A stretch of 31,098 nucleotides of DNA, taken from positions 1 to 31,098 of the IMG/VR virus record IMGVR_UViG_3300011339_000356; one strand, 5' to 3'. The first letter of the stretch is position 1. Each line of letters opens with the position of its first letter. Source of the DNA: a virus (lineage: Duplodnaviria > Caudoviricetes). Shown here in pieces: positions 24,785-31,098 of this stretch. Below the pieces are notes generated by a model, which was given only the letters and a program-made list of their open reading frames with translations, had not been told where the DNA came from and made no database searches. A program made the translations under genes and the position numbers.

Positions 24785-26036
24785 CGCCAAGGCCGAGTTC
24801 CCACTCAAGCTGCAAAGCCTGTTCCAGCGCAGCCGTTACAAGGTTTGCTACGGTGGCAGGGGCGGGGCTAAGAGCTGGGGCATTGCTCGAGCATTGCTGA
24901 TCAAAGGGGCCAAACAGCCAACCCGCATACTCTGCGCCCGTGAGTTCCAGACAAGCATTAGGGATAGCGTCCACAAGCTGCTGTGTGACCAGATTGAGGC
25001 ATTGGGCCTGCACAGTTTCTACGAGATCACCCAGGCCAGTATCCGTGGCTCTAACGGCACCGAGTTTGCCTTTGCCGGGCTGAAGAACAACATCAGCAAC
25101 ATCAAGTCATTTGAGGGCGTGGACATTTGCTGGGTGGAAGAAGCCCAGACCGTCAGCCGCTTGTCCTGGAACGTGCTGATACCAACCATCCGCAAGGAAG
25201 ACAGTGAGATATGGGTCAGCTTTAACCCTGAGCTAGAAACAGACGAGACCTACCAACGATTTGTTGTCAAGCCGCCTGATGACTGCATCCAGATCAAGGT
25301 CAACTGGTCAGATAACCCCTGGTTTCCAGAGACACTGCGCCTGGAGAAAGATGCGCTCAAGCAAAGGGACGAAGAAGCCTACAACCAGGTCTGGGAAGGG
25401 CTGTGCCGCCAGACAGTGGATGGTGCCATCTTTGCCAAGGAAATGCAGCAGGCCGAGATGGATGGGCGTATCTGCCGGGTGCCGTTTGACGCCACAAAGC
25501 CTGTACACGCTGTCTTTGACTTGGGATGGTCTGACAGCACCGCCATCTGGTTTTTGCAGTTTGTAGGCATGGAAACCAGGCTGATTCGGTACATTGAGGA
25601 CAGCCAGAAGACCATCAGCTTTTACTTGGCAACCATGCAGACGTATGGCTACCACTACGATACGGTCTGGCTCCCGCACGATGCAGAGAACAAAACGCTA
25701 GCAGCAGCTGGGCGCAGCATTGACGACATTGTGAGGGCAGCAGGCTACAAAACCCACATTTTGCCCCGAGTGCCTGTGGTGGACAGCATCAACGCCGCCA
25801 GGACAATATTCCCCAATTGCTACTTTGACCGAGAGCACTCAGCCGATGGGCTGGCCTGTTTGCGCCATTACCGCTACGAGGTAGACCCAGACACCGGGCA
25901 ATTCAGCCGCAACCCCCTGCACGACCACTACAGCCACGGTGCTGATGCCTTCCGGTACATTGGCCTTATGATTCGGGAACCAGCCAAGCGCAAACCTAAA
26001 CCCATGCTCGAGGCCGCAGGCAGCTGGATGAATTAA
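24777..26036 (+). CDS. terL: Terminase large subunit (PBSX/Terminase_3-like)
   Basis: Walker A YGGRGGAKS, Walker B CWVEEA, SFNP, nuclease FDLG..D and SHGADAFRY. Confidence 0.95.
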   Translation: MNDAKAEFPLKLQSLFQRSRYKVCYGGRGGAKSWGIARALLIKGAKQPTRILCAREFQTSIRDSVHKLLCDQIEALGLHSFYEITQASIRGSNGTEFAFAGLKNNISNIKSFEGVDICWVEEAQTVSRLSWNVLIPTIRKEDSEIWVSFNPELETDETYQRFVVKPPDDCIQIKVNWSDNPWFPETLRLEKDALKQRDEEAYNQVWEGLCRQTVDGAIFAKEMQQAEMDGRICRVPFDATKPVHAVFDLGWSDSTAIWFLQFVGMETRLIRYIEDSQKTISFYLATMQTYGYHYDTVWLPHDAENKTLAAAGRSIDDIVRAAGYKTHILPRVPVVDSINAARTIFPNCYFDREHSADGLACLRHYRYEVDPDTGQFSRNPLHDHYSHGADAFRYIGLMIREPAKRKPKPMLEAAGSWMN

Positions 26037-26038
26037 GG

Positions 26039-28156
26039 ATGACCATGAACGACCCTCGCATTGACGATGCCATTAAGTTTTGGCAGCTGGTGAACGACAG
26101 CGACAGCACTAATCGCAGCGAAGCCCTGCAAGACATACGGTTTGCAGCTGGTGACCAGTGGCCTGTGGAAATCCAGAACAGCAGGAACCTCGAGGCCAGG
26201 CCATGCCTGACCATCAACAAGATTGATGCTTATGTGCGCCAGGTGACCAACCAGCAACGTATGCAGCGCCCCCGCATCAAAGTGCATCCAGTGAACAACC
26301 TGGCAGACTACAAGATTGCCCAAGTGCTGGAAGGCATTACCCGTCACATTGAGGTCAACAGCAACGCCGATACCGCCTACGACACCGCCTTTGACTATGC
26401 AGTGCGTATGGGCTGGGGTTACTGGCGCATCAATACCAAGTATGTCAGCGAGGATTCTTTTGACCAGGAAATCTACATTGATGCCATCGACAACCCATTT
26501 ACGGTCTACTTTGACCCCAACAGCGTAAGACCAGACGGTTCAGATGCCGAGCGTTGCTTGGTTACAACACTGTTAAGCAAGACCATTTTTAAGGAAATGT
26601 ACCCAGACGCTGATGATGGGGCCAACTTTACGCACCGCAGCACTGGTGACAATTCCGCAAGCTGGGTGACCAAAGAGGATATTCGGATTGCTGAATTCTT
26701 CTACGTCACCAGGGAAAAGGCCAAGCTGTACTTGTTGAGTGATGGCAGCAGTGGGTTTGCAGACTCTGACCGATTCCTTGAGCGTGTAGCAGCCGCAGGA
26801 TTGACGGTGGTGGATACCCGTGAGAGTTTCCGCAGGGCAGTCAAATGGTGCAAGATGACAGCGCTCGAGATTTTGGAAGAAAAGACCTGGGACGGCAAAT
26901 ACATTCCCATCGTGCCCTGCTACGGCGCTCAAGTGATCGTTGACGACAAACGCAAGAAGTATGGCCTGGTGCGGTTTGCTAAAGACCCCCAGCGGATGTA
27001 CAACTTCTGGCGCACCAGCATGACTGAGAGCATTGCCCTGGCACCAAAGGCCAAGTGGCTGCTTGCTGAAGGCCAGGACGAAGGCCATGAAAATGAATGG
27101 GCATTGGCAAACATCAAGAGCAGCCCTGTGCTGCGTTACAAGCAGAAAGACATAGAAGGCCAGCCTGCGCCAGTTCCAGTGCGCCTACAGCCCGAAGCGC
27201 CCCCCGCAGGCATCATGGACGCTGCCAGTGCCATCAATATGGACTTGCAAATGGTGCTGGGTATCCTGGACCCTAACCAGCTGCCAAGCGGCAACATCAG
27301 CGGCAAAGCGCTCCAGGGGCAGCAGAGCCAAACTGATCTGAGCAACTTCCATTTTTACGACAACCTGACCCGCAGCATCAAACATACGGGCAAGATTCTG
27401 CTGGATTTGATACCCAAGATTTACGATACCCAGCGGGTGATGCGGATTATCGGCAGCGATGGACAGCCAGACATGACCACCATCAACGAACAAACCGCGG
27501 TGGGCGAAGTGTTGAACGATGTGACGGTGGGCGAGTATGACGTTGTGATGGACACTGGGCCAGGGTTCCAATCCAAGCGCCAGCAGGCTGTTGAGGCCAT
27601 GATGCCACTACTATCAGGCAACAAGGAACTGTTTGACCTGGCAGGCGACCTGGTGTTTAGGAATATGGACTTTCCAGGCGCAGATGTGATTGCTGACAGG
27701 CTGGCAGCTAGAAACCCGATGGCGCAGATTGACGAGAAATCTGAAGTGCCGCCCCAGGTGCAAATGCAATTGGCGCAGCAGCAGCAACAACTGCAACAAA
27801 TGCAACAGCAATTACAAGCCGCCCAGCTCGAGATCAATAACCGAGGGCAGATTGCCAAGATGCGGGATGATGGCGAGACCAGGCGCAAGCTGATGGACGT
27901 TACCGCACGGGCGCATAACACCGAAACAATGGCAGAAGTTAAGGTTAATGACCAGAATACCCGTGCCGTGACCAGCCAGAACAAGACTGAACTGGATGCA
28001 ATTGTGCAAATGTTGCTGCATAACATGGACACCAATCGACTGATGCAAGAAATTGACCGTAGGAATGTTGAGCAGGGCCAATATGCCCAATTTGCTGCCC
28101 AAGATATTAGCGAAGGGGCCAACCCATTGATTCAACCAGCTCAGCCGATGCAATAA
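26039..28156 (+). CDS. P22-like portal protein
   Basis: F..GDQW...RPCLTINKI, GLVRFAKDPQRMYN, SGKAL, GEYDVVMDTGP; long Gln-rich C-terminal helix. Confidence 0.95.
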   Translation: MTMNDPRIDDAIKFWQLVNDSDSTNRSEALQDIRFAAGDQWPVEIQNSRNLEARPCLTINKIDAYVRQVTNQQRMQRPRIKVHPVNNLADYKIAQVLEGITRHIEVNSNADTAYDTAFDYAVRMGWGYWRINTKYVSEDSFDQEIYIDAIDNPFTVYFDPNSVRPDGSDAERCLVTTLLSKTIFKEMYPDADDGANFTHRSTGDNSASWVTKEDIRIAEFFYVTREKAKLYLLSDGSSGFADSDRFLERVAAAGLTVVDTRESFRRAVKWCKMTALEILEEKTWDGKYIPIVPCYGAQVIVDDKRKKYGLVRFAKDPQRMYNFWRTSMTESIALAPKAKWLLAEGQDEGHENEWALANIKSSPVLRYKQKDIEGQPAPVPVRLQPEAPPAGIMDAASAINMDLQMVLGILDPNQLPSGNISGKALQGQQSQTDLSNFHFYDNLTRSIKHTGKILLDLIPKIYDTQRVMRIIGSDGQPDMTTINEQTAVGEVLNDVTVGEYDVVMDTGPGFQSKRQQAVEAMMPLLSGNKELFDLAGDLVFRNMDFPGADVIADRLAARNPMAQIDEKSEVPPQVQMQLAQQQQQLQQMQQQLQAAQLEINNRGQIAKMRDDGETRRKLMDVTARAHNTETMAEVKVNDQNTRAVTSQNKTELDAIVQMLLHNMDTNRLMQEIDRRNVEQGQYAQFAAQDISEGANPLIQPAQPMQ

Positions 28157-28185
28157 TTGCTAAACCATTTGTTTTCGGGTAATAT
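28157..28185 (+). promoter_or_regulatory. Sigma70-type promoter for scaffold and coat
   Basis: TTGCTA (28157-28162), 17-nt spacer, TAATAT (28180-28185). Confidence 0.55.
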
Positions 28186-28236
28186 TGCCCAAACCCGACC
28201 CGTGGGTAGTAACGGGGCAAATCCTTGGAGTAATCC

Positions 28237-29127
28237 ATGTCTGAAGTAGCGATAAGTGAAACGCAGAAAAGACTTGAGGCCACTACGGTCACAAGCGAAA
28301 ATTTAGCTGAATTCCAAGCTGAAAAGCTAGGTTTAGCTGACAAGCCGCCCCGTGAGGCTATTGAAACAATAGAGCCACAGGATGACGACAGTCAGAGTGA
28401 ACCAGCCAGCGAAGACCAGCAAACAACAGAGGAAAAAAGACGACCTAAGATTGAACGGCGATTTGAGGCAGTAACCAAAGCCCGTGACGAAGCAAAGCAA
28501 GAAGCCTTGCGGGAGCGTGAAGCCAGGTTAAGTCTTGAACAGCGGTTAGCGGAAATGGAACGGCAGCAAGCGCCAAAGGGCGAAGCCGAACCAGACCCAA
28601 GCCAGTTTACCGATATGTTTGAATATGCCAAGGCATTGACAGACTACAAGGTTGACCAGCGACTGGGGGAAGAAAAGCAGAAAGCGGTACAGGCAAAGGT
28701 GCAGGCCGAGAAAGAGCAGGTGTTAAACACCTGGTCAGAACGGGTCACACAAGCCAAAGCAAGTATCCCGAACTTTGAGCAAGTGGTAAAAAGCGCAGAC
28801 ATGACAGTGGTCAATGAAGTGCGAGATGCCATCTTTGAGTCAGATGTTGGGCCACAGCTGCTGTATCACCTTGCTGATAATCCCGAGTTCGTTGAAAAGC
28901 TGCAAGGGATGACGCCAGCCGCACAGCTGCGACAAATTGGGAAGTTAGAGGCCATGTTTGAAAAACAAGACTCAAAGCCTGTTGTGCAGAAAAGTCGAGC
29001 TAGTCCACCGATTAACCCGATTCGGTCAGCCGCCACCGGGCGTGATGTTGCATTAACTGCTGATGGGCAGTTTCATGGCAGCTATCAAGCCTGGAAAGCA
29101 GGTAGACTTAACGGGCAAATTCGATAA
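28237..29127 (+). CDS. Scaffolding protein
   Basis: Charged coiled coil between portal and coat; GPQLLYHLA.NP, PPINPI; SD GGAG. Confidence 0.85.
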   Translation: MSEVAISETQKRLEATTVTSENLAEFQAEKLGLADKPPREAIETIEPQDDDSQSEPASEDQQTTEEKRRPKIERRFEAVTKARDEAKQEALREREARLSLEQRLAEMERQQAPKGEAEPDPSQFTDMFEYAKALTDYKVDQRLGEEKQKAVQAKVQAEKEQVLNTWSERVTQAKASIPNFEQVVKSADMTVVNEVRDAIFESDVGPQLLYHLADNPEFVEKLQGMTPAAQLRQIGKLEAMFEKQDSKPVVQKSRASPPINPIRSAATGRDVALTADGQFHGSYQAWKAGRLNGQIR

Positions 29128-29147
29128 CCATTTTTTAAGGAAATATC

Positions 29148-30395
29148 ATGGCAAATAATTTGCTTACCATCAGCATGATCACCAACGAAGCGTTGATGGT
29201 CTTGGAAAACGAGTTGACTTTTACGAGCCAAGTTGAGCGTAACTATGACGATCAATTCGCTGTAACAGGCGCAAAGATTGGCGCAACATTAAATGTTCGC
29301 CGTCCTGGACGCTTTGTCGGCACCTCTGGCCCAGCGCTGAATGTGGAAGACTTTAACGAGACATCCGTCCCCGTTACCCTGTCTACACAGTTCCACGTTG
29401 ATACCCAGTTCACCACGCAAGACCTGGCACTGTCACTTGATCGCTTTAGCGATCGAGTGCTGAAACCAGCTGTGGCTGCTATTGCCAACAAGATTGACCG
29501 TGATGGCCTGGTTATGGCAAAAAATAACACTGCCAACATTGTCGGCACTGCTGGCACCGTCCCCACCAGCTTGCTCACCTACCTGACGGCAGGCGCATAC
29601 CTGGACTCTGAGGGCGCACCCCGTGATGGACGCCGAGCCTGCATCGTTGAGCCATTCACTGGTGCAACCATTGTTGACTCGCTCAAAGGTCTGTTTGTGC
29701 CAAGCAACACCATCGCCAAGCAATACGAGCGTGGCATGATGGGTAAGGACTCAGCAGGCATGATGTGGAAGATGGATCAGAACGTGGTTAGCCAAACCTT
29801 TGGCTCCTACTCCACTGCTACCCTGGCCTGCGCTACTACCACGGCAACGGGCTTTCTGACCAGCGGCTGGGCATCAACGTCCACCATTGCTCTGACTGCA
29901 ACCACTGCTACGGCTGGACTCAAGCAAGGCGATACCATCACCATTGCAAACATCTTTGCAGCTAACCCACAAAATCGTGCAGCTTACGGCTCCAACCGTC
30001 TGCGTAGTTTTGTTGTCCAGGCTGATGTGACGGTTGCAACCTCTGGTACGACTTCTGTGATCGTCAGCCCTGCTGTGATTACTGCTGGTCAATTCCAGAA
30101 TGTGGTGGTCAATAGCACCAGCGCAACCGCAGTGGTGACCCCGTTCAACAACACTGGCACGGTTTCGCCACAGAACATTGTGATGCACAAAAATGCCTTC
30201 ACGATGGCCTGCGCTGACCTCGAGCTGCCAGATGGTGTCCACTTTGCAGGCCGTGCAGCTGACAAGGAACTGGGCCTGTCCATGCGGGTTGTGCGCCAGT
30301 ACACTATCAACAATGACTCAATCCCAACCCGTGTAGACGTTCTCTACGGCTGGGCACCGCTGTACCCCGAGCTTGCTTGCCGGGTTGCCGCTTAA
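29148..30395 (+). CDS. Major capsid protein (P22 coat family)
   Basis: MANNLLTISMITNEAL..LEN, KIGATLNVRRP, C-terminal RVDVLYGWAPLYPELACR. Confidence 0.95.
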   Translation: MANNLLTISMITNEALMVLENELTFTSQVERNYDDQFAVTGAKIGATLNVRRPGRFVGTSGPALNVEDFNETSVPVTLSTQFHVDTQFTTQDLALSLDRFSDRVLKPAVAAIANKIDRDGLVMAKNNTANIVGTAGTVPTSLLTYLTAGAYLDSEGAPRDGRRACIVEPFTGATIVDSLKGLFVPSNTIAKQYERGMMGKDSAGMMWKMDQNVVSQTFGSYSTATLACATTTATGFLTSGWASTSTIALTATTATAGLKQGDTITIANIFAANPQNRAAYGSNRLRSFVVQADVTVATSGTTSVIVSPAVITAGQFQNVVVNSTSATAVVTPFNNTGTVSPQNIVMHKNAFTMACADLELPDGVHFAGRAADKELGLSMRVVRQYTINNDSIPTRVDVLYGWAPLYPELACRVAA

Positions 30396-30420
30396 CACCT
30401 ACCACTAAGGAGTAACTATC

Positions 30421-30852
30421 ATGGCAAATCCAGGCGCAGCAACAACTACCACCGTCCACCCGCAAGTTCTGTCGAGCAACCAGGCCATCCGCTTGATCGC
30501 TTACGCAACGAGCGTTTCCATCAATGCCACTGGCGATGCGGTCATCACCCTGCCCGTCATCAACACCAGCACCTATAACGTCACCAATGTTGTCATCACC
30601 AATGCCAACAAGGATGTGTCTGCTGGTGCTTTGGCAATTTGGACGGGTGCAGCAGGTACGGGAACTGAAATCGTCACCAACGCAGCACTGACCAACAACA
30701 CCAGTTCAGCCTACGTCACCAAATCCACGGTGGTAGCAGCTACTGGCACAGCAAACCTTTCGGCCCAGACGTTCTACGTCAAAGTCGGAACTGCTGTAAG
30801 TGGCGGCACGGTTGACATTTATGTGTACGGTACTGATTTCACAGCGTTCTAA
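30421..30852 (+). CDS. Capsid decoration/cement-like protein
   Basis: Thr/Ala/Val-rich, C-terminal TVDIYVYG, directly after the coat gene; SD AAGGAG. Confidence 0.65.
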   Translation: MANPGAATTTTVHPQVLSSNQAIRLIAYATSVSINATGDAVITLPVINTSTYNVTNVVITNANKDVSAGALAIWTGAAGTGTEIVTNAALTNNTSSAYVTKSTVVAATGTANLSAQTFYVKVGTAVSGGTVDIYVYGTDFTAF

Positions 30853-30873
30853 ACTGTAGGTTTTCAGTAAAAC

Positions 30874-30908
30874 AAAAGGGGACTGTTCGCAAGGGCGGTT
30901 CCCTTTTT
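30874..30908 (+). terminator. Rho-independent terminator
   Basis: AAAAGGGGACTGTTC-GCAA-GGGCGGTTCCCTTTTT. Confidence 0.85.
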
Positions 30909-30920
30909 CACTAAAAAATC

Positions 30921-31098
30921 ATGGCTACCACATCCTTATCCCCTACGCCCAAGCTGCAATTCTTTGATCTGAACGGCGCACCATTGTCGGGTGGGCTGCT
31001 GTACACCTACGCTGCTGGCACAACCACGCCACTAGCCTCTTACACCGATTCCACAGGCAGCACTGCCAACACCAACCCCATCGTCTTGGACAGCCGTG
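30921..31098 (+). CDS. Tailspike/fibre, N-terminal head-binding domain (truncated by window end)
   Basis: MATTSLSPTPKLQFFDLNGAPLSGGLLYTYAAGTTTPLASYTDSTGSTANTNPIVLDSR. Confidence 0.75.
   Translation, partial: MATTSLSPTPKLQFFDLNGAPLSGGLLYTYAAGTTTPLASYTDSTGSTANTNPIVLDSR

Noticed and set aside
27760-27830. CAG/CAA repeats in the portal
   Set aside because: They encode the expected Gln-rich coiled-coil barrel of P22-like portals.
27421-28122. Long antisense ORFs, such as the 233-aa ORF opposite the portal
   Set aside because: Shadows of codon bias and Gln runs in well-supported + strand genes.
1-31098. CRISPR array, tRNA, integrase/att site, reverse transcriptase/DGR, intron or intein
   Set aside because: By eye I found no repeat-spacer periodicity, no T-loop/CCA cloverleaf, no recombinase or RT motifs, and TerL, portal and coat are uninterrupted.

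Overview
The window covers most of a small tailed-phage genome with P22-like (podovirus) morphogenesis genes and a lambdoid early region. It opens inside the head-completion/tail block and ends in a tailspike/fibre gene, so it looks circularly permuted with a gap of unknown length. Gene order: gp4-like adaptor, gp10-like hub, needle/fibre, cupin, three ejection proteins, lysis cassette; a leftward early operon (ERF, YqaJ-type exonuclease, SSB-like); a divergent promoter region with Cro but no CI; DUF1376 initiator with a probable internal origin; C5 methyltransferase; RusA; NinB; small late genes (ferritin-like, GroES-like); two large cargo genes; TerS, TerL, portal, scaffold and coat. Four things stand out. 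(1) A densely base-paired non-coding RNA candidate of about 350 nt lies directly upstream of terS. (2) The C5 methyltransferase is encoded in two fully overlapping frames, has four WPTP repeats, and is frameshifted at a G11 tract. (3) A 703-aa protein carries an HhH-GPD (Ogg2-like) DNA-glycosylase signature. (4) A C4-like antisense RNA candidate lies upstream of the replication genes in a phage with no visible CI, Q or integrase. All family calls come from manual motif recognition and synteny; no database searches were run.
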